This document shows, piece by piece, positions 55,521 to 64,000 of a stretch of DNA of 64,000 nt. Location: NCBI GenBank assembly GCA_035546535.1, contig DASZWQ010000098.1:3964-67963 (forward strand), in the 5' to 3' direction. The translations under genes and the position numbers were made by a program. The notes under the pieces were generated by a model. That model was not told where the DNA came from. It was given only the letters and a program-made list of their open reading frames with translations, and did no database searches. Position 1 is the stretch's first letter, and every line of letters begins with the position of its first letter. Origin of the DNA: Pirellulales bacterium. Lineage in GTDB: Bacteria; Planctomycetota; Planctomycetia; Pirellulales; JACPPG01.

Positions 55521-56579
55521 CTACCTGGCGCTGGGTTCCCGGCCGGCCTTCTCTGCCGATTCGGCAAAACCAGGCGCCACGAACTCCGTAAGGTCGATGC
55601 CCGTCAGATCTGGCCGTTTGCGACTGGCGGGAAACAGATCCAACGCAGCTTGAAAGCCGTCGGCGCTGACGCGCGGTGTGCGGGGTATCGCGGGTTCGTA
55701 AATCTCGACGACCTTCACGACGTGGCGTTCGTCCATGTCGGGGAACTCGTGCAGGATGGCCTGCACCGCGGCCCGTTGATCGCGATGGATGAGTTGCTGG
55801 GCCTTGGAGATTCCCTGCACGAGCGATTGCACGGTGTCCTTGTGCTCAGTAATTAGCCGCCTGGATACCGCCAGGGCATGAATTTGCCGCACCGCCAGCT
55901 TCGCGGCTTCTCCCTTCGATTGATCGACAAGCATGATCGCGTCCTGATCGACGAGCGCTTTTTCCAGATAAGGTGTGTGCGCGTAGAGGGCATCAACGCG
56001 GCCGTCGCCAAACGCCTCGTTCTGTTCGTTCCCACGGAAGATAACCATTTTGACGTCGCGATCGGCGTCGAGTCCGACGCTGGCGAACAGGGCGCGCAAG
56101 CGCGTCGGCGGATTGGGCGCGATGCCAATGCGCACGCCGGCCAGGCCGATCAGTCGTTCCTTGAGGGGCGCCGTGGGATCGAGATGCCGTTCCACGGCGA
56201 GAGAACGGCGGACGACCAGGTTAATGGCATCGTTTTCCAGCAGGTTGGCCACGAGCGCCCAGGGGAAGCGCTCGGCGATCAGCTCCAGGTACATCGGTGG
56301 TGGTAACACCGCACAGTCGGCCTCGGCGGCCAAAACCATGCGCTGCGCACCACGCGGCTCATCGGGGACTAAGAGTTCGAGTTCGATTCCCTGATCGGCG
56401 AAATACCCGGCTCCCTTGGCCACCCAGAAACTCATGAACTGTAAGTTGTCGGGGTCGGGCACGATCATGCGCAATTTCTCGCCGGCCATCGCTATCAGCG
56501 GAGAAACCGCCACGCAAACGACGGCGAGGATCGATCGGAAGCGTAGCGAGCAGGAATGGGCTCGAGCCGGAGCGCGCAT
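55521..56579 (-). CDS. ABC-type substrate-binding protein, NMT1/THI5-like (nitrate/sulfonate/bicarbonate family)
   Basis: Signal peptide and ..FMSFWVAKGAGYFADQGIELELLV.. pattern. Confidence 0.6.
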   Translation of the reverse strand: MRAPARAHSCSLRFRSILAVVCVAVSPLIAMAGEKLRMIVPDPDNLQFMSFWVAKGAGYFADQGIELELLVPDEPRGAQRMVLAAEADCAVLPPPMYLELIAERFPWALVANLLENDAINLVVRRSLAVERHLDPTAPLKERLIGLAGVRIGIAPNPPTRLRALFASVGLDADRDVKMVIFRGNEQNEAFGDGRVDALYAHTPYLEKALVDQDAIMLVDQSKGEAAKLAVRQIHALAVSRRLITEHKDTVQSLVQGISKAQQLIHRDQRAAVQAILHEFPDMDERHVVKVVEIYEPAIPRTPRVSADGFQAALDLFPASRKRPDLTGIDLTEFVAPGFAESAEKAGREPSAR

Positions 56580-56617
56580 TTTTTTGGACCCTTATGTGTT
56601 TCCGGGTAACAGTATTC

Positions 56618-57094
56618 CTAGCGATGCGCCGCGGGCACCTCAAGCTCCACGCTGGCGCCGCCGGCGGTCACTTTGGCGGTGAGCGGCGTCGTGGCGGCGG
56701 CTGAATAACCCGGCGGCACTCGCGGTGCCGGCGGCCGCTCGCCTGCCGAGGGAGGCCTGTCGGTGCGCTGGACGGTGTACGGATCCATGTCTTCGACGGT
56801 CACGCGGTGCGTGCCCACGATGGCTCCCTGCCGACCATCGTCGGTGCGGAGCAGGAAATGCCCGTCGGCATCGGTAACGCCGGCAGAACGCGGTAGGGCG
56901 CGACCGTCGCCGGACTCTGGCGTGAAGATGACAAGGATGTTGGCTGCCGGAGCGCCAGCGACATGCAAAGTTCCCTGAACGCTGGCGAATTCGTCGACCG
57001 GGCCGCAGCCGCTGGCGGCAAATGCGAGCAGGTAGCAGGCAGATGCCGCGCTCAGCTTCGTACCGGTCATCGCCGCCCTCCGATAGGCGTTCAC
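56618..57094 (-). CDS. Carboxypeptidase-regulatory-like domain lipoprotein
   Basis: Lipobox ..FAASGC, then ..VQGTLHVAGAPAANILVIFTPESGDG...VTDADGHFLLRT.. Typical partner of DUF1559 genes. Confidence 0.6.
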   Translation of the reverse strand: MNAYRRAAMTGTKLSAASACYLLAFAASGCGPVDEFASVQGTLHVAGAPAANILVIFTPESGDGRALPRSAGVTDADGHFLLRTDDGRQGAIVGTHRVTVEDMDPYTVQRTDRPPSAGERPPAPRVPPGYSAAATTPLTAKVTAGGASVELEVPAAHR

Positions 57095-57109
57095 TCAGGC
57101 GCACTCCCG

Positions 57110-58135
57110 CTAATTCCCGACCGCGACTTCGCCGCCGGCGCGTGTCGAGAGCGTTTGCAGCGTCACCAGCGGAATCTGTTCCGAGACGAAGCGTACCGAG
57201 CCGTCGCCGAACGCCAGGTTCGCGCCGCCCGGATGGTTGCTCCCCCAGGCGCAGATGCGCAAATCGAAATAGTACTGAAAAACGTTCGGGTCCGTGGCCG
57301 GAGGAACGGCGGTGGCGCGTTGGTCGAAATGGAAGGGGAGCCGGTAGTTGAGCGGGCTGTAGGCGCTCATCGTCACATGGCCCGCCGCCTTGCGGCCCGC
57401 CGACACGGCCCACCATCCCCATTGCGACAATCGATCGACCCAGCCCGCTTCGCCGAAGGATTCGAAATTGGGGTCCGTGTGGCTGCGCTCTCCGAGCAGG
57501 ATCGTGGAGTTCAGCCCGTCCGTGACCTCGGCAATGCGGACCTGTCGCTGACGCAGCGCCGGCTCGGACGCGGGGCCGGTCGTGAAAAAGATTCCATCGA
57601 CGGTCGCGTAGGGCAAAAAGTAGGAGCGCGTGCCGCCGTTTCCCCCGTAGCTCGTCAGCGCTTGATACCAGCCTTGGCTACTGAGGATGGGATTGTCGGG
57701 CAGCACGTCGGTCGGGCAAACGAAGGTGCCGATCACCGCCGCGGTCTGCGCGCTGGCGCCGCCCACGGTGTTTTGCAACGGATCCGCCAATTGCCACTGC
57801 AATGCCCGCGACGTCTCTTCCAAATACGGCAGCAGATAGGTGAAGAGCGAGAAACAGCGATAAACGGGTGGAAGATAGAAGAGAGATTGATCAACTCCCG
57901 AGGGAAACACCCCTTGAAAGTCGTGATAAACGTGGGTTGCCAGCGCTAACTGGCGGATCTGATGCTGACATTGCGACCGCCGCGCGCTTTCGCGCGCGGC
58001 CTGCACGGCCGGCAACAGAATGGCGACCAGCATGCCGATAATCGCCACGACCACCAGCAGTTCGATGATCGTGAAACCTGCGCTAGCCGCCAGCTTGACC
58101 AAGGGGTTGACGACGGGCTTGCTGCGCGGGTGCAT
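57110..58135 (-). CDS. DUF1559 protein with prepilin-type N-terminal cleavage/methylation domain
   Basis: [54 protein letters not shown]. Start moved to ATG 58135. Confidence 0.85.
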   Translation of the reverse strand: MHPRSKPVVNPLVKLAASAGFTIIELLVVVAIIGMLVAILLPAVQAARESARRSQCQHQIRQLALATHVYHDFQGVFPSGVDQSLFYLPPVYRCFSLFTYLLPYLEETSRALQWQLADPLQNTVGGASAQTAAVIGTFVCPTDVLPDNPILSSQGWYQALTSYGGNGGTRSYFLPYATVDGIFFTTGPASEPALRQRQVRIAEVTDGLNSTILLGERSHTDPNFESFGEAGWVDRLSQWGWWAVSAGRKAAGHVTMSAYSPLNYRLPFHFDQRATAVPPATDPNVFQYYFDLRICAWGSNHPGGANLAFGDGSVRFVSEQIPLVTLQTLSTRAGGEVAVGN

Positions 58136-58222
58136 CGCCACCCGCACAGCGTATCCGTCGCCAGCGTCGCACAGGTCGTGCATCCAAGTGCATCCTTTGC
58201 TGTACTGGCGGGGACCGTGGCG

Positions 58223-59023
58223 TTACGCGGCGCGCCGTCGCGCCGCGAGTAGCAATCCAACCGCGCCCGCGAACGCGAGAGCGATGCTGGCCGGTTCGGG
58301 CACGCGATAAGTGATGATCAACTGCGGCGGATTAGCCGACTCGCTGCTGTTCAGACGCTTGGCCGTCTGCCCGACCGATTCGTTACCCAGAATTCCCCAA
58401 CCAAAGTTGCCCGAGGGGTCGTTCAGCCAGCTTTGCACGTCGGCGACCATTTGGCTGCTCGACCAGGAGATAACGTTACCTGTCTGGCCGCCCGGATCAA
58501 CGGTCGATGCCGATATGGTGCCACTGAAATCTCCGCCGGGCGTGTTCCAGGTCGTGCTCGCCGACGGCGTGGTCGCATTATAGAACGTGTACAACCAGGT
58601 GGCGTCATTTTGCGTGGCGGGCGCTCCGACTCCGCCAGGAAAGTTCGAAGTGCCTTGTCCCCAGTCCTGCGTTACGGGTTCCAGCGACAACGTTTGATCG
58701 CCGTTTTGCGACATAACGTTGGTCATCTGCAGTGTCACGCCGGTAATTACGGCGTTCGACGGAATGCCGCTGCCGGCAACGTTGAAATGCACCAGGCCGC
58801 GCCGAATGCTGGTGACCGCCACCGTAGCGCCCGAGCCGTCTTGGGCGGTACGGCCCACGAAGATATCCCCTTCACCATTGCTCAATTGCCCTGTCGGTGA
58901 GGTGACCTGGACAATCGTGTTGTCTTTATCCGGAGTGAGCGTGACCGAAGCGGCCCAGGCCGCGCTTCCTTGCGCCAACAGAATCGAGCCAACGAGAAGC
59001 GGGACAAAGTAGCGTGTGTTCAT
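58223..59023 (-). CDS. PEP-CTERM secreted protein (DNRLRE-like N-terminal domain)
   Basis: Signal peptide, ..LTPDKDNTIVQ...GLVHFNVAGSGIPSNAVITGVTLQM.., and C-terminal VPEPASIALAFAGAVGLLLAARRRAA. Confidence 0.8.
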   Translation of the reverse strand: MNTRYFVPLLVGSILLAQGSAAWAASVTLTPDKDNTIVQVTSPTGQLSNGEGDIFVGRTAQDGSGATVAVTSIRRGLVHFNVAGSGIPSNAVITGVTLQMTNVMSQNGDQTLSLEPVTQDWGQGTSNFPGGVGAPATQNDATWLYTFYNATTPSASTTWNTPGGDFSGTISASTVDPGGQTGNVISWSSSQMVADVQSWLNDPSGNFGWGILGNESVGQTAKRLNSSESANPPQLIITYRVPEPASIALAFAGAVGLLLAARRRAA

Positions 59024-59249
59024 CGGATATCATCTCTCAAGTGGCACCAGAGGAGACGCACAGAACAAAAGAAGAAAATCAGGATAGGACAGCCGGTAAA
59101 ACGAAGCATTCGCCCGGTAAAACGCACGATTCCTAGAAATCGTGCCAGCGGCTGTCACAATAGATCACGGGCGTTTTCTCGCGGGACGGTCGTACAATTC
59201 GCCAGCCGGCTCAGCCCGGGGATTGGGGGATTGCCGCGCCGGCGGTGGG

Positions 59250-60347
59250 ATGATAGTGTCGAAAACGGATATGATGATGTCAAGCGGCGGCAACCTGAAA
59301 AATCGCGTCAAGGCGGCACGTGTGGCGCGCGGCTGGTCGCAGGACGTTTTGGCGCAGCGCGCCGGCCTTTCGCGCAGCGGCGTTAGCGCCATCGAGATCG
59401 AGCGTTTGGTTCCCTCGGCAGCCGCCGCTTTGGCGCTCGCCAAGGCGCTCGACTGCCGCGTCGAGGATCTCTTCAGCCTCGAAACCTTCGATACCTCGGA
59501 AACGGTGTGGGCGTCCCCCCCGGCGGGCGATCGCTGCCGTTATTGGCAAGCCGAGTGCGGGGGCCGGCAGGTGCTTTATCCGGCGGCCACGCTGGCCGAC
59601 GTGACCATCGCCCACGACGGGATTTTCGACGGCGGGAATCTGCGTACGGCGCCCCGCCATGACGCGGAGCGGACGCTTGTCATGGCGTGCTGCGATCCGG
59701 CCGTGGGGCTCTTGGCGCAAGAGTTGGCCGAACGCGCGCAGGTGCGGCTGCTCGTCATTCCACGCTCGAGCGGCCAGGCTCTCGAAATGCTGCGCGACGG
59801 TTTGGTACACGTGGCCGGGTTGCATCTCTCGCATGCCGAGCGCGAGGGAAATGCGGATGCCGTGACCGAGCGGCTTGGCCCAGGCGGTAGCTACGCGCTT
59901 CTGCGCGCCGCTCGTTGGGAAGAAGGATTGGCGGTTGCGCCCGCGAGGCACCTGAGATCGGTGCGCTCGGCGCTTGCCGCACGGCTGCGGTGGATCGGTC
60001 GCGAACCCGGCAGCGGAGCGCATCAATGCCTGGCGGAAATCCGTGATGGACATCAAGCGCCGCGTCATTTCGCGCGCAGTCATCGCGGTGTCGCGGAAAC
60101 GATTAGCACCGGACTGGCCGATGCAGGGGTCTGCTTGCGCTTGGTCAGCGATCAGGCAGGGCTCGATTTTCTGAGCGTGCGTGAAGAGGCTTACGATCTA
60201 TGTTTCGCCGCCGGAAATGCTCACGATCCGCGCCTGCGGGCGCTGATCGAGGTGATTCGCTCACCCCGTTATCAGAAACTGATTAGCGAGCTCCCCGGCT
60301 ATTCGGCCATCGACATGGGTGACCTGCGCACGGTGGGATCGGGCTAG
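59250..60347 (+). CDS. XRE-family HTH regulator fused to a periplasmic-binding-protein-like sensor domain
   Basis: ..LKNRVKAARVARGWSQDVLAQRAGLSRSGVSAIEIERLVPSAAAALALAKAL.. followed by a ~270-aa PBP-like domain. The start is ambiguous (59250 or the ATGATGATG at 59271). Confidence 0.7.
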   Translation: MIVSKTDMMMSSGGNLKNRVKAARVARGWSQDVLAQRAGLSRSGVSAIEIERLVPSAAAALALAKALDCRVEDLFSLETFDTSETVWASPPAGDRCRYWQAECGGRQVLYPAATLADVTIAHDGIFDGGNLRTAPRHDAERTLVMACCDPAVGLLAQELAERAQVRLLVIPRSSGQALEMLRDGLVHVAGLHLSHAEREGNADAVTERLGPGGSYALLRAARWEEGLAVAPARHLRSVRSALAARLRWIGREPGSGAHQCLAEIRDGHQAPRHFARSHRGVAETISTGLADAGVCLRLVSDQAGLDFLSVREEAYDLCFAAGNAHDPRLRALIEVIRSPRYQKLISELPGYSAIDMGDLRTVGSG

Positions 60348-60581
60348 TCGTTCAGGCACCGGTGCCCTACCGTCCGTGCGATCGGTATCATCCGAACCGA
60401 TCAGACTTGCAGCCGGGAAGTCCGCGCATCCATTCGCCGGGACTTCGATTATCATGGGCCTACGGCGGCCTTCGGTCGACCGGCGCTTGAGGGGCATTCT
60501 CACGTCCCGAAAGGCTGATCGGGACGCGCAGGCAATGCGGAGCGTGTCGCTCGGGCATACGTCATTCCACTGCGAGCTTCG

Positions 60582-61652
60582 ATGCACATCTTCATGACCG
60601 GCGTCTGCGGTTTCGTTGGCAGTTCTCTCGCCTTGGCGCTGCGCGAACGCTTGCCTGATGTGACCGTGTCGGGGATCGATAACTTCATTCGACCCGGTAG
60701 CGAGACGAACTTGGCACGGCTGCGGGCGGCCGGAGTGCGCGTCGACCATCGCGATATTCGCAACGACAGCGATTTCGAGACCCTGCCCCGTTGCGATTGG
60801 ATCATCGACGCCGCGGCGAATCCGACGGTGCTCGCCGGCGTCGACGGCCGCACCAGCAGCCGGCAACTGGTCGAGCACAACTTGGTCGGCACGGTCAACG
60901 TGCTGGAATATGCGCGGCGCTCGAACGCGGGGCTGGTGCTGCTTTCCACCAGCCGGGTTTACAGTATCGGCGCACTCGTCAAAGTCCCCTTGCGCGTGGC
61001 TGACGGCGGGTTTCTTTTCGATGCGAATCAATCGGCGCCGCCTGGATGCTCGGCGGCGGGGATCGCGGAAGACTTCTCCACCACCGCGCCGATCTCGCTT
61101 TATGGCGCCACCAAGCTGGCCTCCGAGGCGCTCGCGCTCGAATACGGTCAGACGTTCAAATTTCCGGTCGTCGTCAATCGTTGCGGCGTGCTGGCAGGCG
61201 AAGGCCAGTTTGGCGTCGCCGAGCAGGGCATCTTTTCCTTTTGGGTCCGCGCTTACGCCCTCAAGCGGCCGCTCAAGTACATCGGCTTCGAGGGTACGGG
61301 GCACCAGGTGCGCGACGCATTGCACCCAGCCGATTTGACGGACCTCGTCTTGCGGCAGATTCAAGCTCCCGATCGCAGCGCCGGAAACATCTGGAATGTG
61401 GGCGGGGGCGCGACCAATGCGATGTCTTTGGCGCAATTGAGCCGCTGGTGCGCCGCCGAATTCGGCGAGCACCCGATCGAGGCCATGCGCGAGCCGCGTC
61501 CCTTCGACGTCCCCTGGGTCGTCATGGACAGCCGACGCGTGGCGGCCCAGTTCCAATGGTCGCCACGGATTGCACTGCCCCAGATTCTCGAACAGATCGC
61601 CGCACATCACCGACAACACCCTGAGTGGTTCCTGCTGTCGCAGCCACGATGA
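60582..61652 (+). CDS. NAD-dependent epimerase/dehydratase (extended SDR)
   Basis: MHIFMTGVCGFVGSSLA Rossmann motif and ..YGATKLASE.. (YxxxK). The 529-aa antisense ORF is a shadow. Confidence 0.85.
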   Translation: MHIFMTGVCGFVGSSLALALRERLPDVTVSGIDNFIRPGSETNLARLRAAGVRVDHRDIRNDSDFETLPRCDWIIDAAANPTVLAGVDGRTSSRQLVEHNLVGTVNVLEYARRSNAGLVLLSTSRVYSIGALVKVPLRVADGGFLFDANQSAPPGCSAAGIAEDFSTTAPISLYGATKLASEALALEYGQTFKFPVVVNRCGVLAGEGQFGVAEQGIFSFWVRAYALKRPLKYIGFEGTGHQVRDALHPADLTDLVLRQIQAPDRSAGNIWNVGGGATNAMSLAQLSRWCAAEFGEHPIEAMREPRPFDVPWVVMDSRRVAAQFQWSPRIALPQILEQIAAHHRQHPEWFLLSQPR

Positions 61653-62449
61653 GTCGCTTTCCGCCCCCCAATCCGCAGGCGCCTCGACTGACGCTCTTGT
61701 CGATCGTGATTCCTGCGCGCGATGAGGAGGGGTCCGTGATGTCGACCGTCGAGCACTTGCACCTGGAATTGCGCTTGCAGCAAATCCCGCACGAAATCGT
61801 GGTCGTCGATGACGGCAGTCAGGATCGGACCTGGGAGTTTCTGGAAGCATTGCGGCCGTCGATTCCCGAATTGTCGCCGATCAAGAACCGCGGGCAACAC
61901 GGCTTCGGCCGAGCGGTCGTGGCGGGGATCGACGCCGCCCGCGGCGATGCCGTGGCGATCATGATGGCCGACGCCTCGGACGACGCCCGCGATATCGCGC
62001 GCTACTGGCATGTGCTCGGCGAGGGATACGACGCCGTGTTCGGCAGCCGTTTTATCAAAGGCGGAGGCGTCGTCGACTATCCCCGCATCAAGTACGTCAT
62101 GAACCGCCTGGCAAACCTGTTCATCAAGATACTTTTTCGCATTCCGCTCAATGACACGACGAACGCCTGCAAGGGCTACCGAATGTCGGCACTCGAGGGA
62201 TTGCGGCCCTTCTTGTCACCGCATTTCAATCTCACGGTCGAATTGCCGCTGAAGACGATCGTGCGCGGCTATAGCTGGACCGTGATTCCGATCACATGGC
62301 GCAATCGTCGCAGCGGCGTGGCGAAGCTCAAGATCCGCGAAATGGGTAGCCGTTACTTGTTCATCATCTTGTACTGTTGGCTGGAGAAATATTTCAGCCG
62401 CGGCGATTACCGCAAGGTCGACGTGCAAGTTGCGCAAAGAGTCCCCTGA
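61649..62449 (+). CDS. Family 2 glycosyltransferase (polyprenyl-phosphate sugar synthase, DPM1/ArnC-like)
   Basis: ATGA overlap with the epimerase gene. ..LSIVIPARDEEGSV..VVVDDGSQDRT..MADASDD.. Confidence 0.85.
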   Translation: MSRFPPPNPQAPRLTLLSIVIPARDEEGSVMSTVEHLHLELRLQQIPHEIVVVDDGSQDRTWEFLEALRPSIPELSPIKNRGQHGFGRAVVAGIDAARGDAVAIMMADASDDARDIARYWHVLGEGYDAVFGSRFIKGGGVVDYPRIKYVMNRLANLFIKILFRIPLNDTTNACKGYRMSALEGLRPFLSPHFNLTVELPLKTIVRGYSWTVIPITWRNRRSGVAKLKIREMGSRYLFIILYCWLEKYFSRGDYRKVDVQVAQRVP

Positions 62450-62460
62450 ATTCCGCCGCC

Positions 62461-63996
62461 ATGGACCAGTTTCAGCACCCAGAATCGATCGTGGCTCACC
62501 GGCGCGTGGTGTTCCGCAGCCTGGGAATTGCCGTCGCGGCAGGACTGCTGGTCTTGTTTATGTTCGCGCCCCGCTTTTCCTTGTGGCGGGCCGTGCTCCT
62601 CGATCATCGACTGCCGTTTCCGGAAACGCATCGTGCACGCGATGCGCTTGCGCAGTTGCAAGATCCGTGGGTGCAATCCGACTCCCCCTCGAACGCCGTG
62701 CTTTCCTGGCGATTGCTGTTTCCGCTGGTTTGGCATTATGGAAAGCTGCCGCCGCTGGCCTACCTGGCCATGCCTTTCCTGGGCTGCGTGCTCACACTGT
62801 GGCTTGCGGCCTGGCTTTCTCTTCGGCGGTTAGGCGATTGGCGTCGAACGTGGATGGCCACGGCACTGTTTGCGGCGCTACCGTGGTTTTTTGTTTCGAC
62901 CGGCTGGCTGGCATATTTCGATTCGTGGTTGATGTTGGGAATGTTGGTGGCGGCGTTCATTCCGTCACGTGTGGCGCTCGCGCTTGTTTGCTTGTCGATG
63001 CCATGGATCGACGAGCGATTCCTCCTCGCACTTCCCGTCGTAGTGCCGGTACGCATGATTGCGCTAGGGCGAATCGAACAGGGCGCGTGGCGCGGTCTGC
63101 TTGCCGATCTGGCGGTCATTGTTGCCGCGAGTTGCCCGTACCTGGGAATTCGCGCTGCAATATGGCTGCGTGGCGATCCCGGCTCCTCGGGCTATGTACG
63201 GCAGTACTGGGCCGAAATGTTGACGGTGCCGCTGCCGCGGTTCCTCGTAGGGCTGTGGTCGGGATATCGGGCCGCCTGGCTCATGATCGGCGCCGCGATC
63301 TGTTTCGTGGCGCAGCGCCTTGGCTGGAGATGGGCAGGGCCGCTGGCGGTCCTCGTGATCGTTAGTGCGGTGGGCTCGCTGCTGGTGGCCGCCGACATGT
63401 CGCGGAGTTTGTCGATCGAGGCGCCTGTCATGCTGCTGGGCGCGTGGCTTTGGTGCGAGGACAAGAAGCCCGGCGCTCGCTATGCTTTGCCGGTGGTTCT
63501 GGCGGCAAATTTGCTTTTGCCTGCCAGCCACGTTATCTGGCATTTCAGCGTCGACCTTCGCTATCTCTACACCGAGATCGATAACCTTCAAAAACCTCCG
63601 CGCGAGCTGCAGCCCGACACCTACTTCGGCATGGCCAAGGAGCTGCGCGAAGGGGGAGATCTGGCGGGGGCGGAATGGGCTTACGACGTGGCGATTCGCC
63701 TCGACGACAAGTTTGCACAGGCGTACGCCGGGCGCGCCTCGCTCCGGCTGCAAAAAGGCAATGTCGATGCAGGGCTCGCCGACCTGGAAACGGCTCTGCA
63801 GCTGAAACCCGATTTAGCCGACGCACTGCTCATGCGTGCTGCGGTGTACCGGTCGCGGGGCCAGACATCCGCCGCTATCGAAGACCTGCGCAAAGCCCTG
63901 GCCGGCGCGCCGACGGACTGGCCGCTGCGCGAGGAAACGCAAGAATTCCTGGACCTCCTGCTGCGTACGGCGGCACCGCCAAAGCCAGTGCCTTGA
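62461..63996 (+). CDS. Multi-pass membrane protein with C-terminal TPR repeats
   Basis: About 10 hydrophobic helices followed by ..AEWAYDVAIRLDDKFAQAYAGRASLRLQKGNVDAGLADLETALQLKPDLADALLMRAAVY.. Start moved to ATG 62461. Confidence 0.6.
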   Translation: MDQFQHPESIVAHRRVVFRSLGIAVAAGLLVLFMFAPRFSLWRAVLLDHRLPFPETHRARDALAQLQDPWVQSDSPSNAVLSWRLLFPLVWHYGKLPPLAYLAMPFLGCVLTLWLAAWLSLRRLGDWRRTWMATALFAALPWFFVSTGWLAYFDSWLMLGMLVAAFIPSRVALALVCLSMPWIDERFLLALPVVVPVRMIALGRIEQGAWRGLLADLAVIVAASCPYLGIRAAIWLRGDPGSSGYVRQYWAEMLTVPLPRFLVGLWSGYRAAWLMIGAAICFVAQRLGWRWAGPLAVLVIVSAVGSLLVAADMSRSLSIEAPVMLLGAWLWCEDKKPGARYALPVVLAANLLLPASHVIWHFSVDLRYLYTEIDNLQKPPRELQPDTYFGMAKELREGGDLAGAEWAYDVAIRLDDKFAQAYAGRASLRLQKGNVDAGLADLETALQLKPDLADALLMRAAVYRSRGQTSAAIEDLRKALAGAPTDWPLREETQEFLDLLLRTAAPPKPVP

Positions 63997-64000
63997 TTCC

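Overview
This is a 64-kb high-GC bacterial chromosome segment. The gene content suggests Planctomycetota (inference, not verified): two DUF1559 prepilin-like proteins, a DUF1501 protein, a PVC-type heme-binding CxxCH protein, three PEP-CTERM proteins and a Tat-signal Gfo/Idh/MocA oxidoreductase. Core genes recognised are folC, dnaE, thyX, a DEAD-box helicase, an Fe-type alcohol dehydrogenase, a GNAT acetyltransferase, two ABC ATPase/permease pairs, and an envelope glycosylation cluster (SDR epimerase, GT2, large membrane proteins). The centre of the window (25039..40027) is a ~15-kb integrative element. It is bounded by an exact 42-nt direct repeat equal to the 5' part of tRNA-Arg(CCT). A tyrosine integrase and an excisionase-like gene sit at the tRNA-proximal end. 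A tightly coupled minus-strand module contains a 1033-aa tape-measure-like protein, but no ORF is large enough to be a capsid, portal or large terminase. A ~1.15-kb repeat-dense, apparently non-coding region is flanked by three copies of a 32-nt bipartite promoter-like motif. An AT-richer, terminator-insulated 4-gene cargo operon (membrane/coiled-coil proteins plus a 24-aa tandem-repeat protein) is my best candidate for an undescribed system, for example exclusion or defence. Outside the element, a ~960-nt gene-free gap holds two diverged repeats that share a compensatory-mutated stem, making them candidate paralogous structured RNAs. All functional calls come from motif recognition by eye; no database searches were run.
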